Source: Hypanus sabinus | Lineage: Eukaryota | NCBI RefSeq assembly: GCF_030144855.1 | Contig: NC_082723.1 | Span: 39,370,001-39,434,000 of the forward strand | DNA length: 64,000 nt | Direction: 5' to 3' | Part shown: piece after piece, positions 1 to 45,779 of the stretch | How positions within the stretch are numbered: the stretch's first letter is position 1 | Layout: each line of letters begins with the position of its first letter | Notes under the pieces: model-generated | Databases searched by the model: none | What the model was told of the DNA's origin: nothing | What the model saw: the letters and a program-made list of their open reading frames with translations, nothing else | Program-made: the position numbers and the translations under genes

Positions 1-975
1 CCTCTCCAATGCCAGCACATCTTTTCTAAGATGAGCAGCCCAGAACTGTTCACAATAGTCAGGTGAGGCCTCACCAGTGCCTTATAAAGCCTCAGCATCA
101 CATCCCTGCTGTTACTGTATATTCTAGACCTCTTGAAATGAATGCTAACATTGCATTTGCCTTCCTCACCACCGACTCAACCTGCAAGTTACCTTTAGGG
201 TGTTCTCCATAAGGACTCCCAAGTCCCTTTGCATCTCAGATTTTTGAATTTTCTCATTTAGAAAACAGTCTGCACATTTATTTCTTCTACCAAACTGCAT
301 GACCATGCATTTTCCAACATTGTATTTCATTTGCCACTTTTTTGCCTATTCTCCTAATCTGTCTAAGTCCTTCCGCATCCTACCTGTTTCCTCAACACTA
401 CCTGCCCCTCCATCAATATTCGTATCACCTGCAAACTTGGAAACAAAGCCATCTATTCCATCATCTAAATCATTTATATACAGCATGAAAGGAAGTGGTC
501 CCAGCTCCAATCCCTGCGAATCACCACTAGTCATTGACAGCCAACCTGAAAAGGATCCTTTTATTCCCACTCACTGTCTCCTGCCAATCAGCCAATACTC
601 TAACTATGCCAGTAACTTTCCTGTAATACCATGGGCTCTTAACTTGGTAAACAGCCTCATGTGTGGCACCTTGTCAAAGGCCTTCTGAAAGTCCAAATAT
701 ACAACATCCACTGCATCCCCTTTACCTATTCTACTTGTAATCTCCTCAAAGAATTCCAACAGGTTGGTCAGGCAAGATTTTCCCTTAAGGAAACCATGCG
801 GACTTTGTCCTATCTTTTCCTGTGTCACCAAGTACTCCATATCCTCATCCTTAACAATGGACTCCAACACCTTCCCAACCACTGAGGTCAGGCTAACTAG
901 TCTATAAGTTATTTTTTACTGCCTTCCTCCTTTCTTAAACGGTGGAGTGGCATTTGCAATTTTCCAGTCTTCCTG
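1..975 (-). mobile_element. CR1-clade LINE fragment (RT domain, degenerate)
   Basis: Minus ORFs 604-882 (HGFLKGKSCLTNLLEFFEE, VDVVYLDFQKAFDKVPH) and 346-570 (degenerate SG.PQG..LGP, KFAGDT) are CR1 RT motifs; frameshifted. Confidence 0.9.
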
Positions 976-3077
976 TGGATGACATCACTCCTGACAAGGG
1001 GGTGTCGCTCCGTTTGGCAGGTGAGACGTGGCTGTGAAACAATCTCAGGTTCTGGAGCCTCCTCAGCGGTGGTTGTAGGAAAATGTTTCCGACAGTTCTC
1101 GACACCTTTCTTCTCCAACAGTTGACTCTGCACTCCTCAACTGATCAATGCGTCATCTTCAGATGATATCAGACACAATTCCACTGTGTAGGGATGAGGT
1201 CCAGTTCTGTCCTTAATCTTTCCAAATACCCACTTTTGATCACCTCTGTAGTTTTGATAACTGCTTGTCCAGGAGTGAAACATCGAACCTCCTTGTTTCA
1301 AACTCTTTCTGAGATTGGGCTTGAGGAGATCCAAGTGTGAGTGCAAGGGATGGCTCAGGAACAGCAGAGCTGGTGAGCTGCTGGCTGTGGAGTGTGCTGC
1401 ATTGCGATTTGCAAGGGGGAAACTGGAGATCTGATTCAGTGTTGATGTGGTGCATTCTGCTGACGCTACTCTCAGGGCATTCTTTAGACTCAAGACAAAC
1501 CTTTCAGTCAAGCTATTTGTAGCTGGGTGGCACAGTGCAGATGTAATGTGTCTTATTCCATTCATTTTTAGGATTGACTGAAACAAACTGTGGTCCATAG
1601 TCACTGACTAAGTCTTCTGGAAAACCAGCTCTTGAGAAGAGGCTTCTCAACCCATCAGCAGTGTGTGAGACTGTAGTGGAGGCTCTTGGGAACACTTCTG
1701 GCCACTTTGTAGTTACATCCACTACTACCAAGAAATTTGTGCATGTCAAGAATGGTTCGGAAAACTCTGTATGAATCGTCTACCATTCCCAGTGCAGTCC
1801 ATTCCCAGGGACGGAGGGGTGCTGCTCTTGGCATCTTCTGGACGTGTTAGCACCCTGAACAGTGCATGGCAAGCTGCTAGATCTGCTGATCTATCCCGGG
1901 CCACCGGACAAAGCTTTGAGTCAACTTTTTCATTTTGGCCACACCTAGATAACGGTCACGTAGCTCCTCCAACTCTTTAGCTCTCAGCATGGATGGTACA
2001 ACAACTCTCAATCCCCATATAGGGCAAGTTCAGACTGGCACTGGTAGGGATTGGGGGAACTGGAATCTCTACTGCACGTTCCAGCCATTTTCAGTAAGTC
2101 TGCAAGAAAATTCATTTCAGGGTTGGATATGGTGACATATATGTGCTTTGATAATAGGTTTACTTTGAATTAGCACCCGAGAAAGTGTAGGGTCTTTTCT
2201 GGTTTCTCTATGGATCATTTCTGCCATAATAGGGAGACTTTTGATTTGCATTAAGGAGAATACATGGGTAATTGGGACAATCCCATCAGCATTTCCATTA
2301 TAAGATGTCGTCTTGAATTTGATCTTGTAATTGTGTCCTCTGAGAAACAGAGCCCATCTCTGTATTCATGCAGCTGCTGTTAGTGGAACACCCTCCTGTG
2401 AATTGAAGGATGTTTGATGATCAGTAATGAGGGTAGACTCTCTCCCATATAAGTACTGGTTGAAACATTTCACATCCTAAACTAGACTGAAGGCCTCTTT
2501 GTCAATCTGTGCATAATGTTTCTCTGCAGCAGTATGGGAGCGTGATGCAAAGGATATGGGGCATTCACTTCCATCACTCATAACGTGACATGACTGCACC
2601 TATATCATACAGTGAGGCGCCACAGACAAACTTCACTGGATCATGTCGATCATAAGTTGTGAGAACAGAGTCTGACATCACCACTTCCTTTGCCTTTTGG
2701 AAAGCCACCTTACATTGCTTTGTCCATTTCCATTTCTTCCTGATCTGTAGTAATAAGTTCAGGGGGTGGAACATACGAGCCAAGTTTTGCAGGAAACTGT
2801 TATTGTAATTGACAAATCCTAAAGTTGACCCCAACTGTGGCACATCCTTTGGCCTTGGGGCATCCACCACTGCTTTAATTTCCTCAGCACACTTGTGTAA
2901 TCCTTGTGTGTCAATGGTGTGACCACAGTAAGTGATGCCTGGTTTAAAGAATTCACATATTGCATCGTGCTCTGAGCTCATAATCTTCTAATCATGTTTA
3001 CACTGTCTTGCAATTTTAGAAATGCTCCTTGTCATCCAGGTAACACTGAGTACCTGGGCAGCCTTGTAGCACTTTTT

Positions 3078-3265
3078 TATTTATTTGTGGTACAGGCCCC
3101 CCTGACCACACAGCCCAGCAACCCTCAATTTAGCCCTAGCCTAATTACAGGACAATTTACACTGACCACTTAACCTACCAACTGGTACTTCTTTGGATTG
3201 TGGGAGGAAACCAGAGCACCCAGAGTAACCGACGTGGTCACGGGGAGAATGTACAAACTCCTTAC
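3078..3265 (-). mobile_element. V-SINE fragment
   Basis: Reverse complement of the V-domain (ggagtttgtacattctccccgtgacc...tttcctcccaca.tccaaaga); same family as 53963-54215. Confidence 0.7.
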
Positions 3266-4147
3266 TCCATAGCTTTCTGCCAGAGTGCGAGTTCAGATGC
3301 CACACCAAAAATAAGCCAATTATAGTGATAAAGCCCTTAGTGAGTGTCTATGGTGAGAAACACTTTGGATTCTATTCCATCTCCATCTGTAGGTGGGCAT
3401 CAGCTAAGTCCACCTTGCTGAAGTGTTTTCCTCCAGAAAGGTTTGCAAAGATATCCTTTAACCTGATCTACTTTTAGAACTGGTTTGATGGTGATCTTAA
3501 ATTCACCACAGATCCTGACAGACCCATTATCTTGGCTACTATGACCATTGGCATTGCCCATGGGCTCCACTCATCCTTTGAAAAAAATCCTTCAACCTCC
3601 ATGTGATCTAGCTCGCTGGCCACTTTATCATGAATGGTATTAGGAACTGGACTGTGTTAATACATGAGTTATGACCAAAGGAAAAAATAACTGGAGTCGC
3701 TCAGCACTTTAGTGCGGGAGTGTTTATTAGGTGAATCAAAAATCAAACTTACAAAAATTAACAAAAGTAGTGAAAAGAAAACTGCCAGTATTTACAAAAC
3801 CTAATCTACCAGAAAACACAATAATAGCTCCTTACTATTCTTGTCGACTGTGAAATCCTGGCAGTCCCAATCACCCTCCCCTGTTGAGGGAAAAGAGCTC
3901 CTTTTTATTTGGCAGTAGAACATAACCATCTGTAATTACCAACAGTTAATTTAAAACTACACATGAACTAGAATATGATGCAACCCACAATGTAGTTACA
4001 GTTATATTACAGAATAAACAGAAGTATCTATCTTAAATACATTATACAAATATGATATATATAATTACACATCCCTATTACTAAATTAATGAAATTTTCC
4101 ACTGAATATGGTGGGAAAGGCACCATAAAGCCAACTCAAGTATATCA

Positions 4148-4420
4148 TCACACACAAAATGCTGGTGGAACACAGCAGGCCAGGCAGCATCTATAGGAAG
4201 AAGCACTGTCGACGTTTCGGGTCGAGAACCTTCGTCAGGACTAACTGAAAGGAGAGATACTAAGAGATTTGAAAGTAGTGGGGGGAGAGGGCAAATGTGA
4301 AATGATAGGAGAAGACCGGAGGGCGTGGGATGAAGCTAAGAGCTGAAAGGTGTTTGGCAAAAGTGATACAGAGCTGGAGAATGGAAAGGATCATGGGACA
4401 GGAGGCCTCAGGAGAAAGAA
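4148..4420 (-). mobile_element. Penelope-like element terminal fragment with hammerhead-like motif
   Basis: Minus strand agtcCTGACGAaggttctcgacccGAAAcgtcgac at 4206-4242; highly similar inverted copy at 8700-9005. Confidence 0.65.
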
Positions 4421-4572
4421 TATCATCTTTCCTTTATATACTTCATATACTTTATTTCCTTTTCTTTATATACCAAGTATATCATTTCGGTTTAGGACCT
4501 GTAATGAGGATATACTGGGGAAGACATTGCAGTGCATACATACAGTGCAATGACAGCAGAATGACAAGGCAA

Positions 4573-4653
4573 TGTGTGTGTGCCTGTCTGTCTGTGTCTG
4601 TATGTTTTTGTGTGTATGTGCATGTGTGAATGTGTGCACGTGTGTGTGTGAGT

Positions 4654-4728
<75 letters not shown>

Positions 4729-5029
4729 TAGTGTGGCATGTGGCCAAGTGGTTAAGGCGTTGGTCTAGTGATCTGAAGGTCGCTAGTTCGAGCCTTGGCT
4801 GAGGCTGCATGTGTGTCCTTGAGCAAGGCACTTAACCACACATTGCTCTGTGACGACACCAGTGCCAAGCTGTAGGGTCCTAATGCCCTTCCCTTGGTGG
4901 TGTGGAGAGGGGAGACTTGCAGCATGGGCAACTGCAGGTCTTCCATACAACCTTGTCCAGGTCTCAGTTATCATCGAAAATCGTGGACAGCCGAAGAAGA
5001 AGTTTGTGAATGTGTGTGTGTGTGAGTGT

Positions 5030-5096
<67 letters not shown>

Positions 5097-5130
5097 CGTG
5101 TGTGAACGTGTATATGAGTGTGTGTGTATA
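4573..5130. repeat. (GT)n microsatellite split by a SINE
   Basis: Pure and imperfect GT runs at 4573-4725 and 5005-5130. Confidence 0.95.
4730..5004 (+). mobile_element. tRNA-derived SINE with CORE-like domain and (GAA)n tail
   Basis: A-box tggccaagtgg, B-box agttcgagcc, gtgtccttgagcaaggcacttaacc CORE-like motif, gaagaagaag tail; TSD tgtgaatgt at 4721-4729 and 5005-5013. Confidence 0.8.
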
Positions 5131-6894
5131 CTGTAAATGTGCTCTCTGTCACGGACGGGCTTTGTAAAACGTGTGTCATTTTCATTTCATTTTCATTTAA
5201 GACTAACTTATCCTTGATATACTTGAGTTTTCCAGTGCCATGGCATCATCTAGTAACTTTTTAAAATTTGCTTTCAGTTTCCTCTGCTACAGAGGATTTG
5301 GCTTGCAAATAGTGGATGGATCTCCAATTAAGTTGCCTCAGCCAATCACATCCCTACAATGCCGGACCTGCGGTTTTTACCATTTACAAGCTCAATGTGG
5401 CTTGTTGGTTGTTGTTATGAATGTCATTCCCACAGGAGATTTATTTTATCCAGTATAAATTCTTAGCTGGATATCTGCAGGCTTCTGTTCAGTATCTTTG
5501 AAAAGTCGCTCAAACTCATTTTGTGGAATGACTAAGCCAGTGTCCAATTCCATTTTAATTAATTTGCCTTTCATCTCTGCTGTATTGCTTGTTTCTTGTT
5601 ATTTTTAACTTACTTTTCACATTGTAAATGTCAAGGCTACTCAGTCTTGTGCTATTCTCACAATTGTCAGATTTTTCATTAACGATATGCAGAGTAATGT
5701 TCTTTTTGAAACTGCAAGTTGACTTTTTATCTTTTTCTTAAGCAGTCTATATATCTTTGTCTGCCCAATGTGCTCTTTGTATGCATCCTACTTTGTTGCA
5801 CTTTCGGTAAGTTTTGCCTTTAAATCTGCATTGGTCTGGTGTATATGATCCTCTGCCTTAATGGTAACACCATATGTTCAGTCAGGCAAGTTTCTGTTTA
5901 GGTGTTACAATTTCACTAACATTCATCTTCATTCCTGACTGCAACTCAGTTGTGTCACTGGTCCTGTTTCCATAGTGATTTCAACTGAGGTGCGCTTCAG
6001 TTAGGAGCTGTTTTTGAACACTTTTTTGTAAGATTCCACAAACTAAACAATCCGTCAGTGAATCATTAAGCCAGTCACTGAACTGTTAATGCTCAGACAA
6101 CTTCAATTCAGCCACGTTAGCTGAAATGGGCTCCCCTTCTTTGTGATTCCGCTTATGAAACCTAAAGCACTCTGCAATGGTTTTAGTTCTGAATGTTCCT
6201 GCATTAAATTTACAATATTAGCAAAACTCATTTCAGCTGGTTTGGTTGGTTTTCTTTTCCACCTACTATACTCAGTAACACTGGCACTCACTTTTCATTG
6301 GCTATTTCATTTGCTTCAAAATACTGTTCAATTCATTCGGTATACATCATCCAGTTATCTGTTGTGCAAATGAACACATCTATCTTTCTGATGCAGCCAG
6401 CCATTTCTGAGTTTTATTTATTTATGATTATTATCACCCAGTACTCACTGTTTATGTTCCTGATACTCACTGTTTATGCTCTCATGTACTTTGTTGGTTT
6501 TCTGCATTTAAAAAAAGAATTCGACCTTCTCTTTCCCCTTTTGAAGAAATGCATGCTTTGCTCTTTTAAAAAAAACTCAAACATCTTTCTCCCCTTGTGA
6601 AGAAAAAAATGTTCTGCGCTTCAACAAGTGAGTAGTCATCTCATGTTTGTTTCAAAATTACTCTTCACTACTGTTATGTTTTGTAACTCCAAAAACTAAT
6701 TGAAAGAGAAAAATGGAGCTAGGTAACTTGTGTGTACTCTTAATTCTACTTTTAGTGAGGAAGTGCACATATGATGTGGTGTCATAATGACATGTGCCAT
6801 TCACATACTTCTTACATATAACCCGTAATGAATTATGTAAACAATATATTAACAATATTACTCAAATAGAACTGAAATATTAAATATTAATACT

Positions 6895-7410
6895 CTATAG
6901 AGAGCATCCTGACATACGAAAACTGCAGCAGAAAGGCTCTACAATGGTTAGCCAAAGTTGCCCAATGCATCACCAACACCAGCTACCTGTCATCAAGGAG
7001 ATCTATACTGAAAGGTGCTGGAAAAGGGCCAGTAACATTATTTAGGGTCCCACCCACCCACCCAGCCCAGAACATTGACTGTACTCTTTTCCATAGATGC
7101 TGCCTGGCCTGCTGAGTTCCTCTAGCATTTTTTTTTGTGTTGCTTGGATTTCCAGCATCTGCAGATGTTTTCTCATGGAATGTTTGTCCCACTCCCATCA
7201 GGGAGGAGGCTACGTAGCATCCACACCAGGACCAGCAGATTCAAAAACAGTTACTTTCCCCAAAGAGTAAAGCTGATCAACACCTCCACCCTCTAACCCA
7301 CCCCTCCACACCACCCCACAACCACTACTTCATCATTGCCTGTTAGTCACCTTAAGTACAGACACTCCTGTGTCTAGCATCACTCTGTGGACGTATCTAT
7401 GTATATCACG
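6895..7410 (+). mobile_element. Rex1-type LINE 3' fragment with inserted Penelope-like tail (~7075-7175)
   Basis: Similarity to the 3' RT-flanking region and UTR of other Rex-like copies (ccatcagggaggaggctacgtagcatcc...aacagttacttt). Confidence 0.55.
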
Positions 7411-7416
7411 TCTTTA

Positions 7417-7499
7417 CAGTACTTTGCAAAAGGCTTAGGCACCCTAGTTTTATATATATATATATAAGAAAGGGTGCCTGAGCCTTTTGCACAGTACTG
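7417..7499. mobile_element. Tc1/mariner-type MITE (83 bp)
   Basis: TIRs cagtactttgcaaaaggcttaggcaccc / gggtgcctgagccttttgcacagtactg, TA on both sides, central (TA)n. Confidence 0.85.
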
Positions 7500-7511
7500 T
7501 AAATTTATTGT

Positions 7512-8056
7512 GTGGTCAGGTCACTGGTCTGAGTGCTACTGGTCCCATGTAATCCAGTACTACCTGTCGCATGGTCGGGTGATCGGCGATTAAACCGGCT
7601 CCCCCACCAGGCTTGCCTGCTGAGGATGGTGTCTAGACACCCTGCAAGATGAAAAACAAGACCTGTCAAAGGGCAGATGAACCCTCTTGTAGGGTCAAAG
7701 GCCATCTAGCAAACACGAGCCACCCCTAGCAAACACAGAAAGGGCAACCCTCGCATCGAAGAATGTGCATCTGGCCATTCCCTGCAAGAGAACTTCCCCT
7801 AGCCGTCTTGGACCCCACCTTGCCACTGGATCCAGGAAGGGATGTCGAGAGGGTGGGTCTGGACCTGTGAAACCTCCTACTCACCTAAAATCCATTCACG
7901 CACACGCTGTTCCTTTCTGAGGAGTGGGGTATAAACCCCTTTCAAAGCTTGATCTGGCCATTCGCAGCAACAGAACTTCCCCCAGCCGTCTTAGACCCCA
8001 TTAACTGACTGAAAGGAACCATCATCATCCTATGGAATGGATAGCCAGAATAAGAA
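7512..8056 (+). mobile_element. Non-autonomous retroposon (RTE-like tail) with 13-bp TSD
   Basis: TSD gtaaatttattgt at 7499-7511 and 8057-8069; ends in gaataagaa; internal ~48-bp direct repeat. Confidence 0.65.
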
Positions 8057-8244
8057 GTAAATTTATTGTTTTTATTATTATTGTGTTCTTTATTTTATTG
8101 AGATTTTTTATGCTGCATCGGATTCGGCATAACAATTGCTTCATTCTTTTTTACACTTGCGTACTGTAAATGACATTAAACAATTCTTGAATCTTTAAAT
8201 TTGAGTGAACTCGATAGGTTGCTGTGTGGGAGATAGGGCACTTT

Positions 8245-8561
8245 CACATTCGCCATATTACCGGAAGTTCTCTTTAGGTTCCTGTGTCTCCAATTACTTT
8301 ATGCTCGAAACGGCTTCTAACGCTATGACAATGCAAGTTTTAAAACCTTTGTGAAATGAGGTGACGTTAAATATAGCTTTAATCCACGGGCAGTATCAAG
8401 ATGGCTTTGAAATTCTGACTAAAAATCATATATTAAATCCTGGTTTTGCTGGTTCGGTGTCTCTTTAAGCCGGAAGTGACGCGATTGCATTTCCTCGTGG
8501 GCCTCGTGTTTGACCCGGAAATTAAGTTACGTTCAGTTCTAATAGTGTTGGCTTTGCGAAA
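8245..8561. promoter_or_regulatory. SURF2 TATA-less promoter with ETS/GABP and YY1 motifs
   Basis: CCGGAAGT at 8261-8268 and 8470-8477, CCGGAA at 8515-8520; YY1-like CGCCATATT 8251-8259 and AAGATGGC 8398-8405; CpG-rich; directly upstream of the SURF2 ATG. Confidence 0.7.
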
Positions 8562-19448
<10,887 letters not shown>

Positions 19449-20044
19449 AAAAGAAAGCTGGAAAATGGAACTGATTCTGGAAGAGAACATTTTCTGTGTG
19501 TTTGCTGCTATGCAGGATATATGCTCACTGTACAGTTTTTGTAAAGTAAAACAGATCTGATAAATGCAAAGGCTGCGCTTTCTCTTCCTCCACGTGGTCT
19601 TCGGACGGCTGTGGAAAAATGTTATTCCTCCTGTTTGCAACAATGCTGAATTTCACTGGGATGTTGATGGGGGTTACCATGGTATCAGGCCAGTAAGCCC
19701 AGTGGTTCAAATGGAACTGCTGACATTGCGGAATTTAAATTCAGTCAATATAAGCAGAGATGTAAAGAAATGGTACTATTGATTGTGAAAATTGGATATA
19801 CCCACAAAAACCTATAATTCTCCAAGTAACTTGGGTAACCTCTTGGAAAGGTCACTGAGCTGGACATTTCCCATGACAGAGTCAGTATGTTTACAGTAGT
19901 TAGGGTGATGATTCTGGTTCTGCTCAATCAGGATAAAGAGAGAAGGATCATCAGTTCATTGCTGCCCTAGTCCTTCTGGCTGGTGTGGAAGCTGCTATCC
20001 AGGAATACTGAATTGATTCAGTACTACACAGCAATTCATTTGGA

Positions 20045-20050
20045 AATAAA
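20045..20050 (+). terminator. Probable SURF2 polyadenylation signal AATAAA
   Basis: First AATAAA found downstream of the SURF2 stop (~600 nt 3' UTR). Confidence 0.6.
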
Positions 20051-20096
20051 ACTGCACATGTCAACAATATGAAGGGTGGGGAAAGGAATCAAAGCT

Positions 20097-20102
20097 TTTA
20101 TT
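20097..20102 (-). terminator. Probable SURF4 polyadenylation signal AATAAA
   Basis: tttatt on + strand after a ~1.9-kb TE-free 3' UTR; GU/U-rich sequence follows on the minus strand. Confidence 0.6.
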
Positions 20103-22023
20103 TCAACAGCTAAAACTTGACATTACAATTTCTGAAGGTTCCTGACCTTTTGTAGCTCTTATTGCCCCTGGGGCAGGGGCAGGAGCAGACTGTATGACAG
20201 AGCGCACATCAGCACCAAGGAATTTGTACTTGATGCGTAAAAACATACCACAGTACTGTGTGAAGGTTCTCCAGCTGAATGTAGTTTCGCCTCCCCTTCC
20301 CCACCCAGTCAGGCACGTTGACTAATACTGACAATTTACTCCACAGTGTCTTGAGCAAGAGTCCATCCTTATTGCTGTATTATATAAATAATTTGTCTCC
20401 ACTCCCACATCCTGCCAAGGACCTCCAGTCCCAAAGCTAGTGTCGAGTGAAAATGAACTGCGTCCTAAATTGCTATATGAACATACAAGGCTTTATATCG
20501 AAGACTAACCTACACAATGATACTGTGATATCCTCAAACTTCTATGGGGCCACCTATCAACTGGCTTCTCTTGCTGCTTCCCCCACAGCTCACTTGTAGA
20601 AACCAAAACTCAAGCTAAAAGAGATGTGGTTAAAGTAACATCTTGGACTGCAAGACCAAGACTTGCCCTTTGGGAATTGGTGTATAGGTTCCACATATTC
20701 ATCCAATTCACAAATCATTGATTGACAGTGTAGGCAATGTAGATGTTCTTTGTTAACATGATCAGGCTTCATTTCGCAATTCACCTCTTTTACAGTGGCT
20801 ACTGAAACTTGATATTACCTTTCTTCAGAAGGGCATTGTCTACTTTGGAATGTGGGTGTTGTGGGCATGGGCTATCACTTGGAATCTCAAACAAGGGAGC
20901 CATTTTCCTTGCGTGACTGCAGAGGATGACAGCAGGATTTTCAACAATGAAGATGGACTGAAGTACATTAATCAGTGCACACATTAACATAATTACTGTT
21001 ATAAAATCAAGCTGAACATGCATGTAACCTTTTTGGCATAGACCACCAGGTGGTGAAATGAATCCTGGCAATGGGACCCTCAAGTTTTCATCAGCTTCCA
21101 TTATTTATCTCAACACAGGCCAGATGGACAGAACTGTCAACGTTCGCGAACTGCCTGGCCTGCTCTACGCGATCATAGGGCAGCCTGCATTATTGACTTT
21201 AAATCTTGCCGTGAGAGGTTGGATTGGGTGAATCACAATCTGTAAAAGCTTGACTCATAGCTTCCACCTACCTCTGCTCTGGGGAATGAGAGGGTGGGGG
21301 GGGGTGGGTAAAGAGCTTTGGTTGGCAGTGTAAATGTAACATACAATTAAAAATATCAATCCAAATGGATACATTAATTTTTAACCAGATCTCCCAATCC
21401 TAATTATTATCTTGTGTACAAAAGCTGTCCGGGTAGGAGATAAGATAGGGTACACAACTATGGTATATTTAGTGTTCTTTTGTATTAAGAGAAATTGTTG
21501 CAACCCTTTTTGAGAATGTAACCATTATACTGAAATGTAATCTACAGTAATTAAGACTTCTGTCAGACAGTCGCAGATTGCAACCTAAGAGAACAGGAAA
21601 ATTTTCAATACCTTCTCTCAATTCTTCTTAAGACACAAATATATAAAGAGAGCTCACTCCACAACAGCCGGAGCCAAAATTGTGAGTTTACTTCATTTTT
21701 TAAGGGGGTGGGCTCACTCTATTACAGAATCACACAATATTTAAAGTGTGAACTATGAATAGGTCTTATGGTGACATCTTAATTTATTTTTCAGTGGGTG
21801 AAATCAAAGATTAAGGCTCTGTTTTGTGATGTTACCAAAATGAATGGTGGAGCATTATATACCCTGAATATGCAAATACACTGAAGTCTGGGTAAAATCA
21901 CACAAACAGTACAAAATAGTGTTCACTGGGGAGAGGAAAGAGGGGTATGTTGAGGGAACAGAGAAGAGAGAGCAGGGAAAGAAGGGAGATGAAAGGGCTG
22001 TGGCTTTGGAGACGTGACACCAA

Positions 22024-45442
<23,419 letters not shown>

Positions 45443-45779
45443 GGTGCCGCTGCCGATGCCGCGCTCCCGCCGCCCGGGCTCCCCACCGGAAGTGATCCCC
45501 GCTCCCACCGATTGGGGAGGCGGGGCCGAGTCCGTCTGTCTCCCAGAACACACAGCAGCGCCACGCAAGTGCCACGTCGGGCTATGCAAATCGGGGGGCG
45601 GGACGTGAGCGGGTGACGCACAATGCGTCCACCCACGCGCGCAGTGTTGCCAGCTGTCACTCAGGGCACCCATTGTCATGGGAACAGGGCGCAGGCGCAC
45701 TATAGTTGAGCCACATGGACTCCTTCCTGAAAGGGGGACTGGATGCCTCTCTCGATGGGGGCTTTATCAGTGGCAATTG

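Larger units (their letters stand above)
985..6890 (-). mobile_element. Degenerate Gypsy LTR retrotransposon (Mag-like), interrupted by SINE/LINE/microsatellite insertions
   Basis: Integrase remnants (LVVVD..KWPEV, LVSD.GPQF, HPATNSL.ERFV) at 1137-1749; RT/RNase H remnants (YCGHTID, LGFVNY) at 2574-2981; two degenerate zinc knuckles at ~5770-5875; LTR-like AT-rich block ~6672-6890 with a PBS-like sequence just inside it. Confidence 0.75.

Noticed and set aside
3653-4071. Possible separate LTR (TGTG...CACA with minus-strand AATAAA) inside the old Gypsy element
   Set aside because: No second copy or TSD found in the window, so it cannot be supported.
4730-4800. tRNA-like sequences here and at ~12170, ~14340 and ~53965
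   Set aside because: They continue into SINE bodies and tails and lack a clean cloverleaf, so they are SINE heads, not tRNA genes.
4330-5185. His/Thr-rich and Cys/Val-rich ORFs
   Set aside because: Translations of the (GT)n microsatellite.
8176-8256. Minus-strand short ORF MANVKVPYLPHSNLSSSLKFKDSRIV as SURF1 exon 1
   Set aside because: No convincing splice donor, no recognisable SURF1 similarity, and it runs into a LINE tail; kept only as a promoter observation.
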